From Felis catus (Eukaryota): DNA of 64,000 nt. The translations under genes and the position numbers were made by a program. The DNA lies in assembly GCF_018350175.1 (NCBI RefSeq), contig NC_058368.1, positions 43,092,001-43,156,000 of the forward strand, written 5' to 3'. The notes under the pieces were generated by a model, which was not told the DNA's origin, did not search any database, and saw nothing but the letters and a program-made list of their open reading frames with translations. Each line of letters starts with the position of its first letter. The first letter of the stretch is position 1. Below are positions 24,881 through 38,044 of this stretch, piece by piece.

Positions 24881-27105
24881 AAAAGCAGACAAGGGCCCTA
24901 CTAAAAAGAATTATAGGCCAATATCCGTGATGAACATGGATGCAAAAATTCTCAAGAAGATACTAACAAATCAAGTCCAACAGTACATTAAAAGAATTAT
25001 TCACCATGATCAAGTGGAATTTATTCCTGGGCTTCAAGGGTAGTTCGATATTTGCAAATCAATCAATATGATATGCCACATTAATAACAGAAAGGATAAG
25101 AACCATATGATCATCTCAATAGATGTATAAAAAGCATCTGACAAAATATAGCATCCATTCTTGATAAAAACACCCAACAAAGTAGGTACAGATGGAACAT
25201 ACCACAACATCATAAAAGCCACAAAACAAAAGACTCACCTCTAATATCATCTTCAATGGGGAAAAAGTGAAGAGATTTTCCTTTAAAATCAGGAAAAAGA
25301 CAGAGATGTCCACTCTCACCATTACTATCTAACAGTACTGGAAGTCTTAGACTCAGCACTCAGACAACTAAAAGAAATAAAGGGCACACAAATCAGCAAG
25401 GAACAAATAAAATTTTTGCTATTTGCAGACAATATGGTACTATATGTAGAAAACCTGTAAGATTCCACCAAAACAAATGCTAGAACTAATGCATGAATTC
25501 AGCAAAGTCACAGGATATAAAATCAAAGTACATAAATCTGTTGCATTTCTATATGCCAATAATGAAGCAGCAGGAAAAGAAATCAAGGTATCAATCCTAT
25601 TGACAACTGAACCAAAAACAATAAGATACTTAGGAATAAACCTAACCAAAGGTGTATAAGATCTGTGATCTGGAAATGATAGAACACTTATGAAAGAAAT
25701 TGAAGAGGGCACAAAGAAATAGGAAAACTTTCCCGGCTCATTACTACCTAAATAAAGCAATCTACACAATTAATGCAATCCCTATCAAAACACTACCAGT
25801 GATTTTCACAGAGCTAGAACAAACAGTCCTAAAATTTGTATGGAACCACAAAAGACTCCAAATAGCTGAATAAATCCTGAAAAAGAAAAGCAAAGTTGAA
25901 AGCATTATGATTTCAGACTTCAAACTATATTATAAAGCTGTAGTCACCAAGATAGTATGATACTAGTACAAAAACAGACACATAGATCAATGGAACAGAA
26001 CAAAAAACCCAGAAATGAACTCGCAACTATATGGTCAACTCATCTTCAAAAAAGCATGAAAGAATATCCAATGGACAAAAGACAGTCTCTTCAACAAATG
26101 GTTATGGGAAAACTGGAAACCAATATGAAGAATGAAATTGCATCTTTCTTAAACCATACACAAAACTAAATTCAAAATGGATGAAAGACTTAAGTGCAAA
26201 ACAGGAAACCATCAAAATCCCAGAGAACACAGGCAGCCACCTCTGTGACTTTAGCTGTGGCAACTTCTTACTAGACACATCTCTGGAGGCAAGAGAAACA
26301 AAAGCAAAAATGATCTACCAGGACTTCATCATGATGAAAAGCCTCTGAACAGCAAAGGAAACAATCAACAAAACTCAAAGGTATCCTATGGAATGGGAGA
26401 AGATATTTGCAACTGACATATCTGAGAAAGGCTTAGTATCCAAAATCCATAAAGAACTTATCAAACTCAACACTCAAAAAACAAATAATTCAGTTAACAA
26501 ATGGGCAGAAGACATGACTAGACATTTTTCCAAAGAAGACATCCAGATGACTAACAGACACATGAAAAGATGTTCAACATCACTCATCATCAAGGAAATA
26601 CAAATCAAATTACAATGAGATACCATCTCAACCTGTCAGAATGGCTAAAACTAACAAAACAGGAAACAACAGATGTTGGCGAGGATGAAGGGGAACCCTC
26701 TGACACTGTTAATGGGAATGCAAACTGGTGCAGCCACTCTGTAAAATAGTATAGAATGGATATATATATCCACTGTGTGTGTGTGTGTGTTATATGTGTG
26801 TGTGTATGTATCCATTGCTGAATCTTCTTTAGTCTTATGAATTTGTCTATTTTTCCTTTTGTTCTGTCAATTTTTGCTATGTATATTTTAAAGCAATTCC
26901 CTTCGTATATTTTAAAGGGAAGTGGGTGGAGGATGGGTGAAATGGTGATGGGAGGGCACTGGGTGTTATATGTAAGTGACAAATCACTAAATTCTATTCC
27001 TGAAACCAATATTGTACTATATGTTAACTAACTAGAATTTAAATAATAACTTGGAAAAAATAAAACTGAAATGTTAAAAAAATTAATTTAAAAAATAAAA
27101 AACAA
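24878..27105 (+). mobile_element. Carnivore L1, 5'-truncated, degraded ORF2 plus 3' end, with internal deletions
   Basis: Short ORFs [34 protein letters not shown] with stops and frameshifts. 3' end at 26917-27060 then A-rich tail. Non-colinear filler at ~26751-26916. Confidence 0.95.
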
Positions 27106-27124
27106 AAGTCCCATAAAAATTGTA

Positions 27125-27450
27125 CATACTTTCTAATTGAGAATTGAGAGATCTTTATGTATTCTGGATATAATTCTTTTACAAGATAAGTGATTTGCAA
27201 ATATACTTTTTTGGAGTCTATGGTTTGCCTTTTAATTTTCTTAACGGTATCTTTTTCAGTGCAAACATTTTCAATTTTGATCAAATCTAATTAAGATTTT
27301 CTTCTGTATAGAGTGATCTTGGTGTCATACCTAAAATGTCATTGCCAAACTCAATGTCACATAAATTTTCTCCTAGTTTTCTTCTATAAGTCTTATAGTT
27401 TTACAATTTATATTTAAGATGTAGTACCCATTTTGAGTTTTCTTTTTTGT
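27125..27450 (-). mobile_element. Old L1 ORF2 fragment
   Basis: attctggatataattc...gatttgcaaatat, ggtgtcatacctaaaa. Minus ORF 27039-27284 resembles IKIKNFCT.KDT.KKMKRQ. Confidence 0.8.
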
Positions 27451-27459
27451 ACCTCTTCC

Positions 27460-28450
27460 CATACAAGGCAGGTGATGGGAATGGGGATGAGATCATGGGT
27501 CTGACAGGGGCTTTGGTAGTGGCTACTATTTTCTCCTGATGCCATGGGTTTCTATCAGGGTTTTTAGGGCCACAGTTCTTTTGCTCTTCACCCTACAGAT
27601 TAAAGCAGTTTTTTTTCTGTAGGAAGAGAGGGGAGATGGGTCTGGACATAATTTTAGCAGTGGCTACTGTTGCCCTCCCCAAACTGAATCCTCAGAAGCA
27701 GCATTCTCAGGATACTTCACAATCTGTCTTATGAGCCTATGTTCCTGGAGAAAAAGTCTGTGAGTGCATGAGAACCTTTTATGTTGTGGCCAACAGGGGT
27801 CACACACTTTTCCTGTATCTGACACACAGCCTTTATTAATTATTAAAATTTTCTAGCTGAATCTTCTTTAGTCTTAGGAATTTGTCTATTTTTCCTTTTG
27901 TTTTATCAGTTTTTGCTTTGTATATTTTAAAGCACTTTTAGTAAGTCTCCATATATATTGTGACTGTGTTGAAATCTTATAGGAGTTCCATCTTACCACT
28001 TACAATTGTGTTCAAGTCTACTCATGTATTACTTACATAGCTGCATCAGCATTCTTACATTTAGTGTTTTCATGGTACTTTTGCCCTTCCTTTTACTTTC
28101 AAACTATCCTAATCTTTATGGTAAAATGGGTACATTCTCTTTCTCCCTCTCTCCCTTTTTCTTTCTTTCTCTCTATTAAATTGGGAACACAGCTCATTTA
28201 TTTTCAACTTAATAGTTACTAAAACATGATGAAGTCTATACAAATTGTTGTGCTGCTTGAATTGAATCTTACAGGTTCTAATATCTATTGTAATTATAAT
28301 TAGTTCTTAGTGTTTACATTACTATTCTAATTGCTCTTGATCTATGAGTAATTAAGGAAGCCCTTCCCTAAAATTTAAATGGCTTGGGATTTATATATCT
28401 ATTTAAATTAATATATATATTTACTATATTATGGTCAGAAAAATAAAATA
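27460..28450 (-). mobile_element. Old L1 fragments (5'-region-like, then ORF2 endonuclease-like)
   Basis: gaatttgtctatttttccttt...ttttgctttgtatattttaaagc is a typical antisense L1 EN motif. The part before ~27870 is less certain. Confidence 0.5.
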
Positions 28451-28609
28451 CAAATATTTCTCTCATATATCTAATAATCCCCAGTTTTCTCTATTACATG
28501 TCCTTTTATAAGCATACTCACATTCTAACATTTCATGCATATTACTTATTATATTAAATATCTTGTTATTTTTTCAGTCCCTAGATTTAAACAATAATAA
28601 TGGTAACAA

Positions 28610-28825
28610 TAAGGTATACAATTTTTATAGATCCTACTCCATGTCAAGAATACCAGAGTCAGTTTTACACATACTAAACACTTTAATTTTTAAAATAAAT
28701 CTATGATGTAACCACTATTATTATCAGTATTTCATATGAAGAAATTGAAACACAAAGTAGTAATTTGTCAAAGATACAATAGCTAGTAAAAGGGGAAATG
28801 ACACTGAAATAGAGAATAGTCTGAA
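28610..28825 (-). mobile_element. MIR
   Basis: MIR core-like actattattatcagtatttcatatgaagaaattgaaacacaaag..taatttgtcaaag..acaatagctagtaa. Confidence 0.6.
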
Positions 28826-29032
28826 AAATACTTCTTCAAGAGGAATGGTTTAATGTGTACATTTCATTTCTCACATTTCTAACTGGTGATGTTTATGTTT
28901 TCAGATCATTATTTCATATGCTAATATTCCCTTAGCTCTTTTAATATGTTTATTTCTCCAAGTTTAAATTCTTGACTTTTCAGTTCTAGTAATTCTGATT
29001 TTGATAGACTGCAGTTGTGTGTGTATGTGGGC

Positions 29033-29037
29033 ACACC

Positions 29038-29087
<50 letters not shown>
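29033..29087. repeat. (CA)n microsatellite
   Basis: Directly visible. Confidence 0.95.
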
Positions 29088-29090
<3 letters not shown>

Positions 29091-29261
29091 TTCCTTTGAA
29101 ATGATTGTGCTAATAATATATCTTGTTACTTCAGTCTGGAGCTCATTGTCCTCTGGAGATATCAGCTCTTCTCTCAGCCAATATATATTGGCAAAGGCCA
29201 GGACCCAGTGCCTGGGACAGCCAATTAATTCAGCGGTAGGGAGAAAACAAGCTCTAATTTG

Positions 29262-29486
29262 TTTTTTGTTTTTTGTTTTTTTTCAACGTTTATTTATTTT
29301 TGGGACAGAGAGAGACAGAGCATGAACGGGGGAGGGGCAGAGAGAGAGGGAGACACAGAATCGGAAACAGGCTCCAGGCTCTGAGCCATCAGCCCAGAGC
29401 CTGACGCGGGGCTCGAACTCACGGACCCTGAGCTCGTGACCTGGCTGAAGTCGGACGCTTAACCGACTGCGCCACCCAGGCGCCCC
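29262..29486 (-). mobile_element. Very young felid CAN-SINE
   Basis: Perfect 17-bp TSD aaacaagctctaatttg (29245-29261 and 29487-29503). CpGs largely intact. Confidence 0.98.
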
Positions 29487-30104
29487 AAACAAGCTCTAAT
29501 TTGAAGACCACCCACCCCCCCCCCCCCCCCGGCACCATAAAATCAGTCGATCATTTCCTCACCCTACACAACATTTTATTAGGTCAAGGCTTCATCCTTT
29601 GCTAATGAGGAAAAAAGCAACATTGGTGCTGATTGTCTTTAGATTATTTTTTATCAGGCCAGGGGGTTTGTTTAGGGTGGGAAGCAACATCCATTTTGTC
29701 ATCCACTCAACTGCTCAAAAGGACAGGACAATGTGTACTGGCTTTGTTAATAAAGTATCACAAACAGGTCTAAGACAAATCAGGTGCAGGGCCAGATACT
29801 GTTTCTTCCAAGTTAATGATAGGAGAGATACAAGGGGTAATTGTTTGTATTTCGTTCACTCATTGTCTTCTGTCCTAGGCCAAAACCACCACCCAAATAT
29901 ACATAAGTTCAAAGCAGTTTTCCTTGTGACCCAAGTGACTTCTTAGACCACAATGTCTTATTTCCTTTCATATTATCTTTGGGGTTCATCTTAAATAATG
30001 GAATGAGTAGTTTGGTTCAGAATCTTGATAGGCACACATTAAATGCCATAAATGTATATAGCTGAGGAATACAAATTGAGGAAAAGCAAAGAGTATCTGG
30101 ATGA

Positions 30105-30860
30105 AAAATTTAAAAAACCCTATGCTGTTTATAAAAAACACACTATAATGAATTAAATGAAAGTAAAAGGATAGAAACGATACTTATGCAAAAACTAACC
30201 CAAAGAAAACTGGTATATTAATGCTAGACAAAATAAATTTTAAGATTAATTTTATGAAAGGTGAGTAATTTTATAATGATAAATGGTTTAATTCACTACA
30301 GAGACATAAAACTAATAAATTTGTATAAACATAATAATATAACCTCAAAATATAGAACAAAATTCGAGAGAACTGAGAAGAGAGACAAACATACAATAAT
30401 AGGAAACTTTAATGTGTCTTTCAGTAATTTATAGAGAAATGAAAATTGTTAGCTTATAAATAGAAGGTTTAACAGCTTCAATTTGATATTTGGCCTAATT
30501 GAGTAAGCAGCATTGCACTCAACAATGCAGAGGATATACTCTTTACAAGTACACATGGAAAAATTACCCAAATTAACTATATGCTGGTCCACAAATCAAG
30601 TCTCAACAAATTTAAGAGGACTCAACTATCATTCAACTGAGCTAGAAACTACTACTGTTATTTTCACTACCTCCATCATTATTACTACAGGCACTACTGT
30701 TGTTGATGTTGTTGTTATTATTAGTAGTAGTAATACAATGAAAATGAGACATCTATCCAGTGTCACATGTTTGGAAATTTAGTAATACACTTCAAACTTA
30801 CTCATGAGTCAAGAAATCAATATGGAATTTAGAAGATATTTTGAAGTAAATTAGTATAAT
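30105..30860 (+). mobile_element. Old L1 ORF2 endonuclease-region fragment
   Basis: tgaaagtaaaaggatagaaa..atgcaaaaactaaccc, caagtacacatggaaaattaccc, caagtctcaacaaattt. Parallels 1-651. Confidence 0.78.
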
Positions 30861-30867
30861 AAGGTTA

Positions 30868-31500
30868 ATGTGGCTATTGTTAGAATAATGGATCCCAATA
30901 AATTTTGCCACCCCATTTCATAATATCTTGTTTCCCTGGGAATGTATCATTACTACTCTTCAGGTAGATTCTATTTCTCCCTTCTCCTTTCTTATCTGAA
31001 CTGGTCATTTTTGTCATCTACTCTCAAAGAAGGCCCACAAAGAGCCATACCTCCCAGTATTCAAATTTCAGTATAGACTCTTCCACACTGAAGCTAGGTT
31101 GGCCATGTGATTATTGTATCCAGTATACTATGGAAAAGGTCACTGTAACATTTATATGTTTATATTTTGAGGCAGAAAAATTTCCTTTTAGTGATTTCAG
31201 GAGTTCTGTGGTACTGTGTAAGAAAGCTAACTATCATACTGAAGAGACCATGTAGAAAAACAACATTGGGTGGCCACGTGAAGAAACAAGGCTTTACTAC
31301 TATATGAAGATAGAAATGCATACCTCCTGGGGCCCTGAATCCACTTTTCCCATTGCCTTTGGAAGAGAGTGTCCAATGTGAGTGAATGATCTTGAAGCTT
31401 CCATCTTAATCAAACCCTTAGATGACTACATCCCTAGATGATACCTCTTTATTTCTCTGTCTATCCAACCATCCATCCATCCATCCCTCCAATGAAAAAA
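30868..31500 (+). mobile_element. Old MLT1-type MaLR LTR (degenerate)
   Basis: tctatttctccc, ggccatgtgatt, gagaccatgtaga and similar MLT1-like blocks. Confidence 0.5.
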
Positions 31501-32499
31501 CTGCAGCTTTCCACTTTCTTGCTATATGACTTTATGTAATCTATTTAAACTTTTCTCTCAATTTCCTCTTCTGTATGAGTATTTTTATTGATATCAGTAT
31601 TATTTTGGATGTATTGAGAATTAAATAAGAAGAGGTTCAAGGTTTGTATTATAGTATGTGTTACAAGTGCTAAATAAAAGGAATGAATGTTCTCATTGTT
31701 AGTATAATTGAAATTATTAAGTATTAAAGAAAAATCTATAAAATTTAAAACATTACAATGACTACAAACCAGAAGCATTTTATTTTCTTCTAGATACAGT
31801 GACAAACTTATGAGAAACTGTTTTATAAAACTTCTTGTGCATCCTCTATGGAAATTGCTAACTATATTTTACATTCTATTCTGTAATGTCTTTTATATAA
31901 AGACCCACTGAAGAAAGCTTTTTCAGATCTAACTACCAGAAGTCATTTTAGTTGTGAAGAATAACTAATATACTTATAACTTTTGCACATTTCATATAAA
32001 TTAAGATAAAATTTCTCTTTGCATTGGGTGTTAAAAATTTCCAAGCCAAATGGAGGTTTTTCTCAAGTAATTAATCAAGTAAATGTATAGGGCTTTTACC
32101 ACTGGCATTGTATATTCCATTCTCACTCCAGGTTTTAGGCAATAAAGCTTTACATTTATGAAGTTTGTCTCTAAAATCAAACAAACTATATTCAATCCCT
32201 GTTAATTTAAAAATTTAATAATACTTCATTCTCTTAAAATGGGGGGGTGGCAGAATACACAGTCCACTTTGAACACAGTGAATATGAACTTTACCGTATT
32301 GCCACGTTTTGGCTCATGGTAGGAACAAAGTAAGTCAATGTTTACTGAATGAAATAATATAGAGCATGACATGCATGACATGAAAGATAAGAGCTCAAGT
32401 CAGGAAATCTGGAATCAATCAATTTGTAAATTTGCTTTTGACTTTTATTTTCTTTTATATTGAATCCATTTTTATCCAATGGTTTCTCAAGGCTTGATA

Positions 32500-32514
32500 A
32501 TTGTGAACTGTATA

Positions 32515-32552
<38 letters not shown>

Positions 32553-32588
32553 CAGTTCACAATATACATATATATATATATACAGTTC

Positions 32589-32650
<62 letters not shown>

Positions 32651-32660
32651 TACATACATA
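32500..32660. repeat. Compound (TA)n/(CA)n microsatellite with inverted and tandem copies of its left flank
   Basis: attgtgaactg at 32500-32510, and its reverse complement cagttcacaat at 32553-32563 and 32583-32593. Confidence 0.95.
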
Positions 32661-34729
32661 TCATGGACTATATTTGCTTGCACATAACCACATAGGGTCA
32701 CATTATACAGGTATAAGAGTTTACACCAGTAAACCTGCTTATCTGAGAAAGTAACAATCCATGCAAAATATATATACCCAAAATGCAAATCTGGGCTTTA
32801 TCATTCTGCTCATGACCTTGGACGGCTCCTTAAAACCCCTGGGCTTGAATGTCATCAAATATAATGACAAAAGCAATGTGTTTAGCAATACGAAAATTTT
32901 CCCAAAAGTTGTTTACATTTTCTTCTCTACAACTTTTACTTTATTTCCTCTATGATTTATTTAGGTCTTTGGGGAAACACACAAAACATGGCTCACACAC
33001 AAAAGAAAAACAAGAGTTACAGTGTAGACTTACTATTGTGAAAAATTACATACATAAATAATCTTTTAGTGGAATTTTACATTGTCAGTTTAAATTAGAA
33101 ATTGTATACACACAAGTGTGTGTGTGTATTTTTTGAGGTAGAGGCTAAAACATGTTAAATGGCCCATGTGAAATTTATTCTGAGAAAGAATCAGAAATCT
33201 GTCAGGATTATTTATGTCCTACCCCCACAAAAAAAGACACATAACAAGGAATCCTCCACTTGTAGATTCTTGAGTATAAATAAGATTTGTATCAAAGTAG
33301 CTAATGTAATTTAAAAAAAAAAAGTGAGAGGCAAAATATATGATTATTTTCTCCAAATAAGCACATAATGGGAAATTCTATGATTTTTGATATCTTATGC
33401 AATAAATAACATGTGCTTTAAACATCTTCTAATTATCACTGAAATTTCCCTGCTCCTTCCCTAACTCAATTTGAAAATGTTTAAGATTACCAAATACTCC
33501 TTAGATAAGTCATTTGTACATTGTATAGTATATATACCTACTTATATGTACACTGATTTAGGCATTTCCAAGAATACAGAAAAGGTATACTAATCTTTCT
33601 AATTCTATAAATAAATGATAATGGCAACTTCTCTTTTTAGTGTGTTCTCTATTCCTTTGTGCATTGACATGAAATTCTAGTGAAGATCAAACAATATGAC
33701 AATTTTGGTAGTTTTTAATATGGGGACATACTTCTCATTGTTATAGATAAGTTTGAGATATAAAGTCTTGTTTACATATTCAGTGAGAAATCTAATTCTA
33801 AGCCTCTGGCTTTTAAATGTTTTGCGACTTTTGTTGCTTTGTGACAGTTGTAGCAGACCTTTCATTCATCATGCAGTGTAACTGGCATTCCACCATGATT
33901 ACTAAACCCAGCCATGGATTGTTAGCTCCAGGGAACTGCCAGGATGAAGTAAAGCTTTTTCAAACTCTGAGAAATTAACAGAAATGTTTACAAGGGGGGA
34001 AAAGTGGTATATCAAATTTCCTTTTAAACAACAGTAGATTTTGAACTTGCTCTAAATTTGAATATTTCAACAGTTGCACTAAGATTCTATTGTAAAAGTA
34101 CCCTATTGCCTGAAAAGCCTTGCCTGAATTTCTTCATTAGCAAGATCATAAGAAAAAATTATTTTCTGCATAAGAATGCAAGGCTCTGTTATTAAGAATA
34201 AACATGATTGAATTAAGTGTTACTCAGTGTATATATAAACTGCTTAAAGTTATGTGTGATAGGAATTGCTGGTGACAAGATGGACTTTTTAAAATCTGGG
34301 TTTGGATTACTACCTAAGATAAAATGGGCCAACCTCATCATAACTGTTCATTAGGTTGAAGTTTCAGGGTAGATAGACTACACCTGATCGATCCCCTCAA
34401 CCTCATATACCATTTCCATCTTCCTTAATTCACAGAATAACACAAGTTATCTGTCAGTTCTGATTTCTGTCTAAGGTAGGTTGACTACAATTAGGTACAA
34501 TGCAGGCACACTGCTCAAAACTTATTTGATACAACCTACTAAGTTAAACTTAAATCTCTTTGAGTCTATATAGATAAAATATAAAGGAGTATTTAATCCT
34601 TGTTTGTTGAAAAAAATGTTACAAATGTATATGTAATCAATGAGGAAACTTTATTTTTTTCTTAGCTTAAATTAGATGCATATAATAGACATTCTAAGTT
34701 CAGTATCTAGTTAAGTGTTTTTTGATAGC

Positions 34730-34748
34730 AATAGATAGATGATAGATG

Positions 34749-34779
<31 letters not shown>

Positions 34780-34780
34780 G
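34730..34780. repeat. (GATA)n tetranucleotide microsatellite
   Basis: Directly visible. Confidence 0.95.
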
Positions 34781-37700
34781 GTCTACAGATAATTAGGTCA
34801 AAATATTTACATGTAGATACAAAGTAAATTGTTACTCATCTATTAGGAGCCCTTTCTCTAGTTACCATTTATACATATGACCTAAAGTTGATTGTCTGGT
34901 TTTAGTTACACATCAGTTACATCCTTCTTGTATTCAGTATGTTTTAAGATGAAAATTCTTAAGTTTGTATTCTTAAAGGGAATTAAATATAAAATGATAT
35001 ATTTACTGAAATAAGTTATAGAACCACTTGGTCTACTGTATTTTCAATATGAAAAATACTATTATAAGGAGGATATAATGTCTCCATAAGCCTGGTTACT
35101 CAGGAAGACACTAGCATGAATCCCCAAAATACTCTTTCAAGAGACATGATGCATATCCTCCATTCTTTCATCAAACTGTTATCAATTTATCCTATTTACT
35201 TGTCTAATAATTTAAGCTACATAATTAGATTTTTTTTCAAATCATTATGGTTAAGATGCATCTCTTTAATCTGAGACACTGTGAAGGAACCTTACAGTCC
35301 AGTGTTTCTCATCTGCTTACTTATTCCATTATACATTAATCACCTTTGATTTGTTACTAACTTTTTAGACCCTCTTCCATGAACATTAGCACAATTTAAT
35401 TTGTCTAAATATGTTGCATTTGGCAATTTGGAAGGCACTAAGGGCTGATATAAAAGACTGATACAATATAATACAACACAACACAATAGAACATGGTAGA
35501 CTATAACAGAATAGTTTAAAGGAAAGATTAAATTTTAGGCGAACAAAGAACTTGGATAGGCAGGGACATCAAGTGATATGGGGCCAAACAGGATCTGTTT
35601 TGCTGACAGTTGACAAGGTGAGCACCTAAGAGTAAAAATGATCTTTAGGTTAATGCAGGCATTGGACTGTATGCTTGGAATGAAAGTTTAGGAGAGAGCA
35701 CTGTGGTCGCTACTTTGATTGCTCTACATCAGGATCAACTCTCCAGTGTCCTTTGCCCTCTTGAGGGAGATTATTTGCAAGGGGGAAGCTCTACAGGCTT
35801 ATTCTGCATTTAGTCAGGAACCAAAGAAAAGTCCAAAAGGCTCCTAGAACAGAATGCCAAACCATTAGGAATGACTTGTTCAGTACACAAACTACAAAAA
35901 TACATTCTTTATAGAGCAAAACTCTGGTACATAAGACTATTATGAGAATTCTTCACCAAGAAAAAGAAAACAAACCTTTAAATCAGTCTTAATCTGTCCA
36001 CATTGGGTCATTTTTGGATCACTTAAAAATATTCTTAGTTTAATGTATGTACAACAATTTGTTGGGTTGATTAATTTAAAAGGACTGATCCAGTATATGA
36101 AATGAGGTAGCAGAAATTTTTGGTATAATTTAAGAGAAAACATTTAAAAATCATTGGGATGCAAGAATTCTAGGGTGAGTCCATCAGGAGACATAATAAC
36201 AGTGATTAAAGAGCACCAGCTCTGGAGTTAGAGTGTGTGAGTTAAGTTCCTTTTTGGCTTTGTCACATAAAAAAAATGGGCAATATACTAAGCTCTGACT
36301 TGAAATGATACTGAAGCCATTTTAAACAGTATTTGTTAACCTTCAGTCTGCTTAAAAATGTCCTAGAGAAGATTGTTAAAAATACTGATCATTGGTCTCT
36401 ATCACTACACTTCGATTTGATATATCAAGGTGAATCTGGTGTAGTTGGCAACCGTATCAAAATTTAAAGAGTATTTATTTAAAATGCTATTTTTCTTTCC
36501 TGAAAAAAATCATTTTGAATTATTTAAAAGTCTTCTAAGTCAGCTGCTGAAGAAATTACTCCTGGGAAAGGTAGATTATTGCACAGCTTGTAAATTACTA
36601 AAAATAATATATGCATAACAAAGATCCTCTCAGACATTTGTATTGTACCAGTTCAATATGCAACTAACTAAAAATCTATGATTTGGGAGTATACCTTACC
36701 AATATGTTAGATTCAATTATCAATTAATATTGAATGGACCCTATACTGTCAAATGCATATTAATGCATATTATTAGGTCTAATGGGAGAAAATATAAAAA
36801 TGAGGTAAACTTCCTGAGAATTTTACAATTGTGTTATTTTTAATAATAGCTCAAAAATATGTTCTAAGCTTAGGATTTTGAAATGATGCCCTTATTTAAT
36901 TGTCTAGACTAGCACACCACTGATTAGAAGCATACACCCCAAATACAGAGCATGATTAAGCATTGTGATACAGAAAGAGAAATCTCTCTCTCTCACACAT
37001 ACAGTTGATAACATAAGGATATTAAACTTTACTAGTATTTAGTTCATGAATTCATATTACTGCCTTCTTCTATCTCATAAGAAGGTGATGTATCATTTAT
37101 GGTAAGCAGAGAAAGGTAGAATTTTTCACATGTGGGAGCATTGACAATTGTCAATTGTTTTCCACATATTATAGTTTGCCTGTTTCTGCTTATAATTTAC
37201 AGATGTACCATGTAACTAGTCTAACATGCACAAAATCAGCACAGGATATAGAGAAGTTTGTAATGAAACATAGTTTGAATATAAGCACAAGACCACAAGA
37301 AAGTAACAAAGTTGAACATTATTAATATTTGTATAAGGAATCATCAGCAAAATTACAGTGTAAAACTAATGACAATTTGTAGTATACTACTTAACATTTT
37401 AAAAAATGTTTCATCATTCTAAGATTCAGATGGTGTTTTTAAATATGAGTGTGAAAATAATGATTTTGCTTTATTTAGTAAAACACATTTTATGAAGAGA
37501 GAGAACTTTAAATAGTTACTTAGAATAGTTTCCTTGGTATTTCACTTTGTTATTTACAATATTTCTGTCATTTATAAAAGCCCTCTCATAGTCATATACT
37601 TAAAAAATTGTAAACAAATAATTTAATGTGTTAAAAGTCTTTCAAAGAAAGATGTGCTCTAAATATAAAAACAAAACAAAACAAAACAAAAAAGCATTGC

Positions 37701-38000
37701 ATTTCCCATTAGTTTATAAGAACAATAAAATGACATTAGGGAGAATGAAACTTTACCAGACAGATTTTAACAAAAATATTTGCATAATGGTTAGATTGAT
37801 TTGGAACCTGATCATTATAATTTAGAAAACACAGTTAATAATGTACTTCCATTTGGACCCATTTATGTATGAAATCTACTTTTTAGTAGCCATTAAAAAC
37901 AATTATCAAAATAAACTTCTGAAGTACAAAGTTTTATGCCAAAACTTTAAAATATAATAAAGCATATTTAATCATGTTGCCATTATTTAATAATAAACTC

Positions 38001-38044
38001 AACATGATTTGAAAGTAAATTGAACATGATTTGAAAGTAAATTG
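38001..38044. repeat. Perfect 22-bp tandem duplication
   Basis: aacatgatttgaaagtaaattg twice. Confidence 0.95.

Noticed and set aside
32342..32788. 148-aa YI-repeat ORF, and similar ORFs at 23732, 47624 and 48919
   Set aside because: Frames stay open only because they cross microsatellites that lack stops.
35539..35617. Possible 79-nt exon (RTKNLDRQGHQVIWGQTGSVLLTVDK) ending AAG|gtgagc
   Set aside because: The acceptor has almost no pyrimidine tract and the peptide is not recognisable, so chance is likely.
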